Origin: Pelobium sp.
Lineage (GTDB): Bacteria; Bacteroidota; Bacteroidia; Sphingobacteriales; Sphingobacteriaceae
NCBI GenBank assembly: GCA_036379295.1
Contig: DASVGY010000001.1
Coordinates: 1,163 to 65,162 of the forward strand
Direction of reading: 5' to 3'
Length of the DNA: 64,000 bases
Below, one piece after another: positions 28,202-38,338 of this stretch. The notes under the pieces are model-generated. The model was not told where the DNA came from, made no database searches, and saw nothing but the letters and a program-made list of their open reading frames with translations. Numbering within the stretch: the first letter of the stretch is position 1; each line of letters begins with the position of its first letter. A program made the translations under genes and the position numbers.

Positions 28202-29575
28202 CTATATTTCTCGGTTAACATCCCACTGTTCCAAATAATCTGCTACACGTTTTACAAAGCTTCCTCCTAAAGAACCGTCAACAATCCTATGGTCGTAAGA
28301 TAAGGAAAGGTACATCAAATGCCTTATAGCGATTACGTCTCCGTATTCTGTTTCTAAAACCGCTGGTTTCTTTTTTATTGCGCCAACTGCTAAAATTGCT
28401 ACTTGCGGTTGGTTAATAATTGGGGTGCCCATAATGTTGCCAAACCCTCCGATGTTGGTAAGGGTAAATGTGCCGCCTTTTACCTCATCTGGAAGAAGTT
28501 TGTTTTCTCTGGAGCGTTTAGCCAAATCATTAACCGCTTTTGTTAAACCCACGAGATTTAATTGATCAGCGTTTTTGATAACCGGCACAATTAGATTTCC
28601 GTTAGGCAAAGCCGCAGCCATACCAATATTTATATCTTTTTTCTTAATAATTTGATTGCCATTTAAAGAAATATTTATCATTGGCATATCTTTAATTGCC
28701 TTAGTTACTGCCTCCACAAAAATTGGCGTAAACGTAATTTTCTCTCCCTCTCTTTTTTCAAAAGCTGCTTTAACACGTTCTCTCCACAATACCAGGTTTG
28801 TTACATCTGCCTCAACAAAAGAAGTAACATGAGCAGCTATATCCTTACTGTGAATCATGTGGTCTGCAATCACCTTTCGCATCCTGTCCATCTCAACAAT
28901 CTCATCGGTCATGGTTCTGGATGGACTTTTTGTAACAGGGGTAGGACTTTGAAGTTGCACTGTTGTGTGTTTTGCATCCTGGCTATTTTGAGCGGTTTGC
29001 TTGATAGCGCCATCTGACTCACCGCTACGTTTGGCGATGTAACTTAGCAAATCGTCTTTAGTTACCCGACCGTCTGATCCAGAGCCTTTAATGTTATCTA
29101 GCTCGGTAACGCTTATACCTTCTTCCTGTGCAATGCTTTTTACCAAGGGCGAATAAAATTTTTCTGATGTGCTAAAATCTATTGAAGCCGCTGCGTCGCT
29201 TTCTGGCTGCGGAAGATAGGGTATCTCCTCTTCTTTCGCAGCATTTTCTGGCTGAACACCTACATCGGTGCGTTCAACTTCAGCCTCTTGTTCTGGTGTA
29301 GGTTTAACATCGGCTTCAACATTATTCGTGTCTTCTGCCGTTTCTATAATGGCAATTACATCCCCTACTTGGGCTATGTCATTCTCATTAAACCTTAGTT
29401 CAACCAGCTTTCCTTCAACTGGTGACGGAACTTCAGAATCAACTTTATCTGTCGCAATTTCCACAACAACATCGTCAACAGCAAGCTCATCCCCTATTTG
29501 CTTAGCCCATTTAATAATCGTTGCTTCTGCAACGCTTTCGCCCATTTTGGGAAGTAAAAGTTGATATAACGCCAT
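28202..29575 (-). CDS. 2-oxoacid dehydrogenase E2 (dihydrolipoamide acyltransferase, likely branched-chain type)
   Basis: Lipoyl domain EIATDKVDSE, E3-binding SPLVKSIA…GRVTKDD, catalytic YDHRIVDG. Confidence 0.92.
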   Translation of the reverse strand: MALYQLLLPKMGESVAEATIIKWAKQIGDELAVDDVVVEIATDKVDSEVPSPVEGKLVELRFNENDIAQVGDVIAIIETAEDTNNVEADVKPTPEQEAEVERTDVGVQPENAAKEEEIPYLPQPESDAAASIDFSTSEKFYSPLVKSIAQEEGISVTELDNIKGSGSDGRVTKDDLLSYIAKRSGESDGAIKQTAQNSQDAKHTTVQLQSPTPVTKSPSRTMTDEIVEMDRMRKVIADHMIHSKDIAAHVTSFVEADVTNLVLWRERVKAAFEKREGEKITFTPIFVEAVTKAIKDMPMINISLNGNQIIKKKDINIGMAAALPNGNLIVPVIKNADQLNLVGLTKAVNDLAKRSRENKLLPDEVKGGTFTLTNIGGFGNIMGTPIINQPQVAILAVGAIKKKPAVLETEYGDVIAIRHLMYLSLSYDHRIVDGSLGGSFVKRVADYLEQWDVNREI

Positions 29576-29597
29576 GGGATAAAGATAAGTTTAAATT

Positions 29598-29605
29598 CAA
29601 AATTA
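29598..29605 (-). promoter_or_regulatory. sigma-A -7 element (TAATTTTG) for the E2 gene
   Basis: TAnnTTTG match 22 nt upstream of the ATG. Confidence 0.5.
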
Positions 29606-29723
29606 GTAATATAATGCTTTTTTGCCTAACAAACGCTAGGTTTTCTCAATCAAAAAAACTCGCAGATAATGTTGTAAAATAAGCTGCTTGCAAAATGCTG
29701 GAAATTAAATTGAAAACGGTGTG

Positions 29724-30971
29724 TTAACCGCCACTTTTTAACAACTTAAACAATAAAGTAAAAGCGGCCATGGTAGCCCGTTCAATATTTTGAGTGCGTT
29801 TATTTCCGAATAAAAACTTTTGCGCCAACACTTCATTTTTATTTGCAACAGCTATCCAAACGGTGCCTACAGGCTTTTCAGCGGTACCACCATCTGGCCC
29901 TGCGACTCCGCTTACAGCAATACTATAGTCGGCCTGGAAATTAGTTAGCGCTCCGTTAGCCATTTCTTTTACGGTTTCTTCACTTACAGCGCCAAATTGT
30001 TCTAAAGTTGCCGATTTAACGCCTAATAGCATTGATTTTAAACTGTTGGAATAGGTAACCGCTCCGCCCAAAAAAACGGCAGAACAACCCGGGTGTTGGG
30101 TAATCGTTTTTGAAATATCGCCACCGGTGCAACTTTCGGCAACCGCCAAGCTGAGCGATCGTTGTTGCATCAAATCTAAAATAACTTTTTCAATAGGTAA
30201 ATCTTCTTTAGCAATCCAGTATTCTGGTATTAATTGGGTAATTTTATCGGCATACTGCTTTACTTTTTCAATCAAATCGTCAGAAGCATGTTCGGTTGTA
30301 CTTAACCTTAACCTCACAGAACCCAACCTTGGCAAATAAGCTAACTTAATATTTTCTGGAAGTTCATCCTCAAGCGGAGCTAACATTTCTGCCAGAAAAG
30401 ATTCGCCCACGCCAGCTGTTAAAACGGTTTGATGGTAAACTGCAGGCAGCTTGTAGGTTTCCTTAATTAGTGGAATTACAGAACTGCTCATGATGTTTTT
30501 CATCTCGTAAGGAACGCCAGGCATGGAAATAAACATTTTCTTTTCTTTTTTGAAAAGCATTGCTGGCGCCGTTCCTTGTTCGTTTAAAATTACCTCGCAA
30601 ACCGCCGGAACCATTGCTTGTTGGATATTTGCATCTAGCAAGGGCCTGTTATATTTTGCAAAAATTTTTTCGATAACGTTTAAACTAGGTTGGTGCAATA
30701 CAAAATCAGTACAGTTAAAATATTTGGCTAAAGTCTTTTTAGTGATATCATCTTTTGTAGGCCCCAAACCACCTGTAATCAAAATCAAGTCTGCTCTTTC
30801 TTCCGCTTCTGCCAAGGCCGATAAAATGTGCGCCACATCATCAGAAACCGAACTAATTTGCTTTACCTTGATACCAATTTTATTTAATTCTGTTGCCATC
30901 CATGCAGAATTTGTATCTACAATTTGGCCAATTAAAATTTCATCTCCAATGGTAATTAGTTCTGCCTGCAT
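29724..30971 (-). CDS. cinA: CinA (MoCF-like domain plus NMN deamidase PncC)
   Basis: GDEILIGQIVDTNS, GGLGPTKDD, AESCTGG, SGVAGPDGG. Confidence 0.93.
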   Translation of the reverse strand: MQAELITIGDEILIGQIVDTNSAWMATELNKIGIKVKQISSVSDDVAHILSALAEAEERADLILITGGLGPTKDDITKKTLAKYFNCTDFVLHQPSLNVIEKIFAKYNRPLLDANIQQAMVPAVCEVILNEQGTAPAMLFKKEKKMFISMPGVPYEMKNIMSSSVIPLIKETYKLPAVYHQTVLTAGVGESFLAEMLAPLEDELPENIKLAYLPRLGSVRLRLSTTEHASDDLIEKVKQYADKITQLIPEYWIAKEDLPIEKVILDLMQQRSLSLAVAESCTGGDISKTITQHPGCSAVFLGGAVTYSNSLKSMLLGVKSATLEQFGAVSEETVKEMANGALTNFQADYSIAVSGVAGPDGGTAEKPVGTVWIAVANKNEVLAQKFLFGNKRTQNIERATMAAFTLLFKLLKSGG

Positions 30972-30972
30972 C

Positions 30973-33618
30973 TTAAAATTGATTATAATATTCTCTGCGT
31001 TTGCTCAGTTTTAAATCTTGTAATATTGATGATTTCACCCTTAAATCAACACTGTAACTTTGGTATGGGCCAAATGGAATCCACCTGATAGACATATCCC
31101 AACAATGTAAATCTCTGTAAATGGAAAATGAAGTTAAGCTGATGGCATTATTTCTAAAATCATAACCTGTGTTAAATTGCACCTTCCACTTGGGCGTTAA
31201 ATTAAAATCTCCGTTAGCATTTAACGTTTGTACCAACTGTTTGTTTAGCCCGGTGTTTGAATAATTAAAATTATAGTAGAAACTAAGGTTCCAGGGAATA
31301 TTAAAATCAACAAAGGCATTTGCATTTCTGCTTATTTGCTGCAGCTGTTCTGCCTGTTGCGCATTTACACGATTGAACAAATCGGCGTTGCTGCCTTGCG
31401 GCGGTGGGTTATTTGCTTTATTATTTTTCCCTAGCGAACTGGAGTTTAAGCTATAATCAAACGAAAAGTTAAAATTGGTCAAACGCGGCAATTTACCATC
31501 CTGCCACCTGTAACGGTTAATGTCTCGGCCCTGCAATCTACCGCTTACGTTTTCGATATAGTAAACATAAGGATCAAAAGAGCCAGAAAAACTTACACCA
31601 AGTTTTTCTGTAAAAAACGTACGACCGCCAAAACTGAGCTGAGAAAGTTTTAAACTATCTGCTACAAAATTATAAGAGCCGTTAACAGACAAACCTTGTA
31701 AGATTGGAATTTTTTTTACCCCGTTGTTAGTGGTATCTTTTGAACTTCGAACCTTAATTTCTATATTATTATCTAAACCAAAATTTATGGCAGCGCTTCT
31801 GCCGTTGCCCGGCCCGCCGTATAAACTATTTTCAAATATAGAATAGGCTCTTTTTTCGCCGTACTGATTCACCTGTAAACTATCATAATAACCGTACTTT
31901 GGCCTACCAAAATCTGGCCGGTAAGAGAAACCAATGTTAGGAGTAATAACATGTCTTATTGCCATTAACTTTCCCTTTTTAAAGTTCACCATCCCATATA
32001 TTTTAGTACTTAAACTACCCCCAACGCTGTATTCGGATGCTCTTCTGAAGCCCGGGATGGTATCAATTGCTACAGAATCGATGGTGCCAGTAGGCGTTGG
32101 TTTAGCAACATACTGCTTTCTGGTGGTTTGGAAATACCATTTCTCGCTATAGTTGATGCTTTGGCTAAACTGAAAAAACTTCAACACTTTAGAAGACATG
32201 GAAATAGGGATGTTATGCTGTACACCGCTGCGTAAACGTTTTAAACTCTCTGGCTTAAACAACAAAGAATCATAAGTACTTAACTGATTATCAGCCTGCA
32301 ATGAGTATCCTACCGCAATACGTTGATACCATTTTTGTTCGCCTACCCTATCTTTAGAATCAAAAGGGTTTAAAGTACTCATACTAAAATTTAAACTGGG
32401 TAAGCTTAATGATACGGTACCGGTTGATAAATCTTGGCTATGGGTTAAAGCCGTAGTTAAACTGAATGGCGAATTTGCCCAGTTTTTACTGTAAGAAATA
32501 CTTGAACTTAATTGGTTTTGAACAATTTGCTGATAGCTGTATCCGGGGACGTTTCTAAAAGCACCTCTGGTACTTGCATTTACAGATGCGCCAAAATTAG
32601 TGCCTGGCCGGGCATTTGGATTTTGTTGATGCGACCACCTTATTTGAAAATCCTTTGTTGGATTTTCGTACTCTGGAGTGCCCTCAACCCCGAATTTGCG
32701 TGATGAATATGCCAGATAAAGATTGCCGCTGTATTTGTAACGTTTGGTATATCTACTAGCCGCGTTGGCTTCATAAGAACCTTTTGAATAAATACCTCCT
32801 TTTAAGGTTAAATCCCAGTAATCATTTAATCCAATGTAGTAACCAAAATCCTTAAGGAAAAAACCTAAAGTTGCATCTTCGCCAACCTGAGGAAGCATAA
32901 TTCCGGAAGCTCTTTTATTGGGTTTCGGAAAAAAGCCAAAAGGCAGAATAAATGGCAATGGAACATCTTCTATCACCATGTATGCCGGTCCGGTAACAAT
33001 TTGGTTTTTTGTTGCAATACCTTTGGTAATCACAATACCAAAATGTTGGTGAGGCGAGGGTAAATCGCAGGTAGAGTAAATGACGTTTTGCATGTGAACC
33101 TCGTCATTTTCCTGCTTTTTAATTTTACCGCCGGTAATATAACCGCCATCCTGGTCTGTGTAAACCTGAAAAATTTTGCCTTTTTCTGTTTTAAAGTTGT
33201 AAAAAACAGAATCAGCCGTAAGTGCTCCCTGCGAGGGATCTTTAAATATTGGTAATCCAGAAAAATGCCCCAAAGAATCTATCGTACCTTTAGCAAAAAC
33301 GGTATTGTCTTTATAATCAACTTTAATGTAACCGGCGTCTACCTGGGCTTCGCCATACGTAATCCTGGCGTTGCCAAAAAGATACATTACGTTTTCTTTA
33401 ACATCATAAAAAGAAGAATCGGAAGCAACCGCTTTGATCACATCTGTAATTTCTCCTTTCTTAGACTTTTTTTTAAGCGTATCCGTTTTAACTAACGTAC
33501 TACTATCTGTTGTTGCTACGATATTTTTTAATGTATCTTGCTGAAATATCGCAGTAGCTTTTGCACTGATGTTTACAAATAGTAAGACACATGTAAAAAA
33601 TATATAGTTAAATTTCAA
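30973..33618 (-). CDS. lptD: LPS-assembly protein LptD (Bacteroidota type)
   Basis: OstA-like N-terminus, YSTCD, C-terminal barrel with YRDLHCWDM…PFG. TTG at 33618 avoids overlap with the amidase promoter (ORF track start 33645). Confidence 0.85.
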   Translation of the reverse strand: MKFNYIFFTCVLLFVNISAKATAIFQQDTLKNIVATTDSSTLVKTDTLKKKSKKGEITDVIKAVASDSSFYDVKENVMYLFGNARITYGEAQVDAGYIKVDYKDNTVFAKGTIDSLGHFSGLPIFKDPSQGALTADSVFYNFKTEKGKIFQVYTDQDGGYITGGKIKKQENDEVHMQNVIYSTCDLPSPHQHFGIVITKGIATKNQIVTGPAYMVIEDVPLPFILPFGFFPKPNKRASGIMLPQVGEDATLGFFLKDFGYYIGLNDYWDLTLKGGIYSKGSYEANAASRYTKRYKYSGNLYLAYSSRKFGVEGTPEYENPTKDFQIRWSHQQNPNARPGTNFGASVNASTRGAFRNVPGYSYQQIVQNQLSSSISYSKNWANSPFSLTTALTHSQDLSTGTVSLSLPSLNFSMSTLNPFDSKDRVGEQKWYQRIAVGYSLQADNQLSTYDSLLFKPESLKRLRSGVQHNIPISMSSKVLKFFQFSQSINYSEKWYFQTTRKQYVAKPTPTGTIDSVAIDTIPGFRRASEYSVGGSLSTKIYGMVNFKKGKLMAIRHVITPNIGFSYRPDFGRPKYGYYDSLQVNQYGEKRAYSIFENSLYGGPGNGRSAAINFGLDNNIEIKVRSSKDTTNNGVKKIPILQGLSVNGSYNFVADSLKLSQLSFGGRTFFTEKLGVSFSGSFDPYVYYIENVSGRLQGRDINRYRWQDGKLPRLTNFNFSFDYSLNSSSLGKNNKANNPPPQGSNADLFNRVNAQQAEQLQQISRNANAFVDFNIPWNLSFYYNFNYSNTGLNKQLVQTLNANGDFNLTPKWKVQFNTGYDFRNNAISLTSFSIYRDLHCWDMSIRWIPFGPYQSYSVDLRVKSSILQDLKLSKRREYYNQF

Positions 33619-33675
33619 AATCGAATGAGAATAATATTTTTGCAAGCAAAGGTTATCAAAAAACGCCCAAAATTA

Positions 33676-34536
33676 ATGAAAATTACTACATCAAGAAGGT
33701 TTATTAAATGTTTAATACTAACAAGTTTTACTTTTCTACTATTTAGTTCTCTTAAATCAGATGAAGAAAAAAAATATTTATCCACAGGGTCTAAAATTAA
33801 AACTATAGTAATTGATGCTGGCCACGGTGGCGAAGATGGCTCAACCCACGGTGCTTTTTCTAAAGAAAAAAATGTTGCTTTAGAAGTTGCCCTTAAACTA
33901 GGGAAAGCAATAGAAGATAAACTGCCAGATGTTAAAGTAATTTTTACCCGTAAAACGGATGTTTTTGTTAAATTATACGATAGAATTGGTATTGCTAACA
34001 GAGAAAAAGCAGATATTTTTATTTCTATACATTGCAATTCTATGCCATTGGTTCGTCGGCGTTTTGTGATAAATGGCAAAGCTGTTTATAAAAGTATACC
34101 AAACCCCGATACCCGCGGCACAGAAACTTTTGTTGCGGGCTATAACCGGCTAAACGAGCAAAATGTTGCCATTAGAGAAAATGCTTCTATTTTGTTAGAG
34201 AAAGATTATAAAAATAACTACGATGGTTTTGACCCTAATGACCCTGAAAGCTATATTATATTTTCTTTGATGAAAAACGCCTTTAGAGACCAAAGCATCA
34301 AATTGGCATCATTAGTGCAAGAACAATACGTAAAATCTGGCAGGGTTGATAGGGGCGTAAAAGAACAAGGCCTAGCGGTGTTACAAAGAGCAGGAATGCC
34401 GGCTATTTTAACAGAAATTGGTTTTATTAGTAACCCCGATGAAGAAAAGTACATTAACTCTGAAGATGGGCAGGCCGAGATTGTAAACAACATTTTAACA
34501 GCAATTACAAGGTACAAGCAATTAGTAGAAAATTAA
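33676..34536 (+). CDS. N-acetylmuramoyl-L-alanine amidase (Amidase_3)
   Basis: IDAGHGG, EK, FISIHCNS, ILTEIGFISN; ATG 33676 preferred. Confidence 0.93.
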   Translation: MKITTSRRFIKCLILTSFTFLLFSSLKSDEEKKYLSTGSKIKTIVIDAGHGGEDGSTHGAFSKEKNVALEVALKLGKAIEDKLPDVKVIFTRKTDVFVKLYDRIGIANREKADIFISIHCNSMPLVRRRFVINGKAVYKSIPNPDTRGTETFVAGYNRLNEQNVAIRENASILLEKDYKNNYDGFDPNDPESYIIFSLMKNAFRDQSIKLASLVQEQYVKSGRVDRGVKEQGLAVLQRAGMPAILTEIGFISNPDEEKYINSEDGQAEIVNNILTAITRYKQLVEN

Positions 34537-34565
34537 ATTTATACAAAACTTTAAAATTACTCCAT

Positions 34566-35510
34566 TTGAAAATCTCTAACGAAACCAAAGTAGGTATTTT
34601 AGCTGCCATCGCTATCGCGATTTTTATTGTTGGCTACAATTTTTTGAAAGGAAACGACATCTTTTCAAGTGAAAACAATTTTTACGCAAAGTACGATAAG
34701 GTGGATGGCTTGGCCATCTCTAAACCAGTGTTGGTAAATGGCTATCAAGTGGGTCGTGTTTCGGCGCTAACCTTACAAGAAAATGGGCAAATTTTAGCCG
34801 AGTTTAAAATCGACCCTAAGTATGCTATCCCGTCTAACACCGTTGCTCGGTTAGAAAGTACAGACTTATTGGGGAGTAAAGCCGTTGTTTTTGATTTAGG
34901 AAATAGCTTAAAATATGCTGCCGATGGCGATACGCTAAACGCGAATGTACAGGCAAATTTGATGGATAAGGTTGAGCCAATACAAAAGAAGGCACAGGTA
35001 ATTATTGGTAAGCTAGATTCTTTACTCACCTCCGTTAACACAATTTTAAATCCCGATTTTCAAAAAAACGTAAACCGTAGCTTCGCCAGTATAGCCCGAA
35101 CTTTAGAGACCTTAGAATCTACCTCAAAAACTGTAGATGGAACCGTTAGCGTACAAGCCAAGCGGATTGATGTAATACTTGCAAACGCAGAATCAATTTC
35201 TAACAACTTAAAAAACAACAACGAAAAAATAACATCTATTATGAATAATATGGACTCGTTTTCAAACCAATTGGCAAAAACACAGATCCAAACTACTATC
35301 GAAAATGCAAATAACGCGGTAACAGAGCTGCAAGTGGCTGTTAACAAAATCAATAACGGCACCGGCTCTATTTCGCTTTTATTAAATGACAATAAACTAT
35401 ATGATAATCTGAATAACTCTGCCAAAAATTTAGATAACTTAATGATAGACGTTAAGGCAAACCCGAAGCGTTATGTGAGCTTCTCTATCTTTGGAGGCAG
35501 AAAAGATTAA
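34566..35510 (+). CDS. MlaD/MCE family protein
   Basis: N-terminal TM, VDGLAISKPVLVNGYQVGRV, DLLGSK, helical tail ending NPKRY. Confidence 0.9.
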   Translation: MKISNETKVGILAAIAIAIFIVGYNFLKGNDIFSSENNFYAKYDKVDGLAISKPVLVNGYQVGRVSALTLQENGQILAEFKIDPKYAIPSNTVARLESTDLLGSKAVVFDLGNSLKYAADGDTLNANVQANLMDKVEPIQKKAQVIIGKLDSLLTSVNTILNPDFQKNVNRSFASIARTLETLESTSKTVDGTVSVQAKRIDVILANAESISNNLKNNNEKITSIMNNMDSFSNQLAKTQIQTTIENANNAVTELQVAVNKINNGTGSISLLLNDNKLYDNLNNSAKNLDNLMIDVKANPKRYVSFSIFGGRKD

Positions 35511-35535
35511 AAGATTTAGGCTTTTTAATATATTT

Positions 35536-35565
35536 AAACGGAAAGATCTTCTTTCCGTTTTTTTT
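35536..35565 (+). terminator. Intrinsic terminator after mlaD
   Basis: AAACGGAAAG…CTTTCCGTTT followed by a T run. Confidence 0.75.
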
Positions 35566-35577
35566 ATGCCATTTAAA

Positions 35578-36132
35578 ATGAAAACAGAAAAAGAAAAGAT
35601 GATTGCCGAAGAGTTTTACGATGCAAACGATGAGCAATTAGTAAAAGACAGACGAGCGGCAAAACGCTTGTTAAGGCAGCTAAATATCACAGAATATTTA
35701 GTAACAAAAACCGCAAGAAAAGTGATTAAAGAATTAATCCCTAATGGAACCAACACGCTTTATATTGAACCTCCCTTTTATTGTGATTACGGCTACAATA
35801 TCAGCTGTGGCGAACGCGTGTATTTTAACGTAAACTGCGTGGTGCTTGATGTGGCAAAGGTAACTATTGGTAATGATGTGATGTTTGCGCCGGGCGTTCA
35901 GTTGTACACAGCTAGCCACCCAACCGATAAAGACTTGAGAAAAACAAAGGAATTTGGCCGTTCAATAAAAATTGGTAACGATGTTTGGATTGGCGGCGGT
36001 GCCATTATTTTACCCGGAATTACTATTGGGGATAATTGTGTAATAGGTGCTGGATCTGTGGTTACAAAAAACGTAGCCGATAATACAATGGTAGCCGGAA
36101 ATCCTGCAAAGTTTATCAAAAAACTTAACTGA
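35578..36132 (+). CDS. Maltose/galactoside O-acetyltransferase family
   Basis: TEKEKM, PFYCDYGYNI, VWIGG, hexapeptide repeats, GNPAK; ATG 35578 preferred. Confidence 0.92.
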   Translation: MKTEKEKMIAEEFYDANDEQLVKDRRAAKRLLRQLNITEYLVTKTARKVIKELIPNGTNTLYIEPPFYCDYGYNISCGERVYFNVNCVVLDVAKVTIGNDVMFAPGVQLYTASHPTDKDLRKTKEFGRSIKIGNDVWIGGGAIILPGITIGDNCVIGAGSVVTKNVADNTMVAGNPAKFIKKLN

Positions 36133-36336
36133 CTAAGAGCCCGTTCAAGTTTGTATTGTAAGAGTGTTTGTAGCTTATTTTTGAGCGAAAAAAGGCAGCG
36201 ATAGCCGGAAGCAATCGCGAAAGAGCGTAAGCACTCTTGAGTTTCTTTAAAAATATAAAAAACACCAAAAAATTCAACTCATCTGTAGCCGAAAAGAAGC
36301 GTATAAAAATGATTAGCTAACTTCTAAAAAGGACGT

Positions 36337-36369
36337 AAAAAAACCTTCTGAATTTACTCCAGAAGGTTT
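36337..36369 (-). terminator. Intrinsic terminator
   Basis: AAACCTTCTG…CAGAAGGTTT with an A run on the left (U tail on the minus strand). Confidence 0.7.
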
Positions 36370-36392
36370 GTTTATAGATAGATTAAAAAAAA

Positions 36393-36698
36393 TTACAATA
36401 TCAACAAAATAACGATGATAACCAGCAATGCAGTTACAGAAAGGTAGATACCGCCATTGCCAATAGCATTTGCCTCGCTTTTCATTTGCTTAAGTTCTGC
36501 TCGCAAAGCTTTCTTTTCTTCGCGGCTAAGGTCGCTTTTATCCATACTCCTAATTTGCTCAACCCTGCTGGTTAATTGGTTTAACTTAACTTGTTGCTCT
36601 GTGGTTAAGGGTTTAGAATTTTTATCTTTTGCGGATGCCAAGTTAACAGAAGTCAACAGCATCATAAAAGAAAACGCGATGTACATCAATTTTTTCAT
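36393..36698 (-). CDS. Small exported hypothetical protein with C-terminal hydrophobic helix
   Basis: Signal peptide; RVEQIRSMDKSDLSREEKKALR; GGIYLSVTALLVIIVILLIL. Confidence 0.75.
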   Translation of the reverse strand: MKKLMYIAFSFMMLLTSVNLASAKDKNSKPLTTEQQVKLNQLTSRVEQIRSMDKSDLSREEKKALRAELKQMKSEANAIGNGGIYLSVTALLVIIVILLIL

Positions 36699-36837
36699 GT
36701 GTGTTTATATTTTGTGAATAATATAGCTTAACATTAATAATTGAGCCAAAGCTTAAACAGCAGTTTAAAGCTGTTACAACTGTATTTTTTTAAAACAAAA
36801 TTGCTAATCTTGAAAAATCGTACGCTAAAACATACAG

Positions 36838-38217
36838 CTAGTTTAACATTACCTGCTTGTGCGGATTTGATAACACAAAGTCTGAAAGTAATTTCTCAAT
36901 AAATAGGTAGGATGGGTATGGCGTTAAACTCAACTTAGCGCTTTCTAAATCTCTGGGCAATTTTTTTTCGGCTAGGTAGCCCATCCCACAAAAAACGCCC
37001 TTTTCTACTAAAATGCAACTCTTTTCGTACTTGTTGCGGCCTTCGTCAACTATTAAATAGCTTGGCAAGCCCTGTATTACTTCGGCAATCAATAAATTGA
37101 CCCGTTGGTTATAGGCTTGTGCGGTTTCTTCTTGCACACAAGCTCCTTTGCAAACTTCATTTGTTAAACCCAAACAGCCAGTATTACTTTTTTGCAAATC
37201 GCACAAAACATGACACAAATTGAACTCATGGCACCACTGCCGCATAAGCTGCTGTGCTTCTGCTATGGAATTAAAAAGCAAAATCGGTTTTATAAACTTT
37301 TGCTTTTTACCAATTGCCAAACGTTTATATCCAAGTTGGTCTTCGTAAGCATACAAAGCAAAGCGCTTTTCGGGGTGCTTGGCCGCCCGATTTTTCTCGG
37401 GCCACAGCCTTTTAATTTCAATATTTTCTAAAATGAGCGCTTGCAACTCAGTACCGCAAACCTGATGGGATATTTTTCTGATTTCTCTCAAAAAATCTTG
37501 CTTATTTTTGTGGGTATCATTATTAGAGAAATGCCCTAAAATGCGCTTGTAAAGATTTTTTGCTTTCCCTACATAAATTATTTTGTCTTTTTTATCTCTA
37601 AAATAATAAACGCCAGGCTGCCTTGGGATACTTTCTAAAGCTAATCTGGAAATATGCGGCGGTAAAGATTCTTCTTTTGATTTCGCGTTTAAGGCTTCAT
37701 CAATGTAGCGGTGCTCATCCGCATCAATTAATGTTTTAAACAAAATTGTTGTAGCTAAGGCATCGCCCGCCGCTCGGTGTCTGTTTTCAATTTTTATATT
37801 TAAGCTACGGCAAAGTTTGCCTAAACTATAAGATGGCAAACCAGGTAATATTTTGCGGGCGAGCCTAACAGTACATAGTTTTTTACTGCTAAGCGTAAAA
37901 CCTTCTCGCTTTAAATGATGGTTAACAAATGAAAAGTCGAAGTTAACGTTATGCGCAACAAATATCTTTCCGTCGAGAAATTCAAAAATTGTGGGAGCAA
38001 CTTCTTCGAATTTAGGTGCATTTTGTACCGCCGCATTGGTAATACCCGTTAAGCTTTCAATAAAAACTGGTATCTCTTGCTGGGGGTTAATTAACGTTTG
38101 AAATTCGTCGATAATATTTTGCCCATCGTGAATATAGATGGCAATTTCGGTAATGCCGTTTGCGTTTGCATAGCCCCCCGTAGTTTCAATATCAACAATT
38201 GCAAAAAGGCGATTCAT
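36838..38217 (-). CDS. DEDDh (DnaQ-like) exonuclease fused to a UvrC-like GIY-YIG endonuclease
   Basis: VDIETTG, AHNVNFD, HRAAGDA; then PGVYYF…IYVGKAKNL, LLENIEIK-like segment and a 4-Cys cluster (C…C…CKGAC). Confidence 0.9.
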   Translation of the reverse strand: MNRLFAIVDIETTGGYANANGITEIAIYIHDGQNIIDEFQTLINPQQEIPVFIESLTGITNAAVQNAPKFEEVAPTIFEFLDGKIFVAHNVNFDFSFVNHHLKREGFTLSSKKLCTVRLARKILPGLPSYSLGKLCRSLNIKIENRHRAAGDALATTILFKTLIDADEHRYIDEALNAKSKEESLPPHISRLALESIPRQPGVYYFRDKKDKIIYVGKAKNLYKRILGHFSNNDTHKNKQDFLREIRKISHQVCGTELQALILENIEIKRLWPEKNRAAKHPEKRFALYAYEDQLGYKRLAIGKKQKFIKPILLFNSIAEAQQLMRQWCHEFNLCHVLCDLQKSNTGCLGLTNEVCKGACVQEETAQAYNQRVNLLIAEVIQGLPSYLIVDEGRNKYEKSCILVEKGVFCGMGYLAEKKLPRDLESAKLSLTPYPSYLFIEKLLSDFVLSNPHKQVMLN

Positions 38218-38222
38218 CAAAA

Positions 38223-38230
38223 CAAAAGTA
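38223..38230 (-). promoter_or_regulatory. sigma-A -7 element (TACTTTTG), 5 nt from the ATG
   Basis: TAnnTTTG match; the spacing implies a leaderless or near-leaderless mRNA. Confidence 0.55.
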
Positions 38231-38238
38231 AATAAATT

Positions 38239-38255
38239 TACTAATTTAATTAGTA
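38239..38255. promoter_or_regulatory. Putative LexA-like operator TACTAA-N5-TTAGTA
   Basis: Perfect palindrome in the promoter spacer of a DNA-repair gene; arms identical to 26910-26926. Confidence 0.75.
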
Positions 38256-38338
38256 TTTCAGCAAAAAAACTATTGTAACAATCTTTTTTGCGTGATTTCG
38301 TTTCTAATTTTTATCTTCAACGGATTTTATTTTAGATT

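Noticed and set aside
33625-33675. Head-to-head coding overlap of lptD and the amidase
   Set aside because: The overlap disappears with the more plausible starts TTG 33618 and ATG 33676; a TATTTTTG promoter element lies in the gap.
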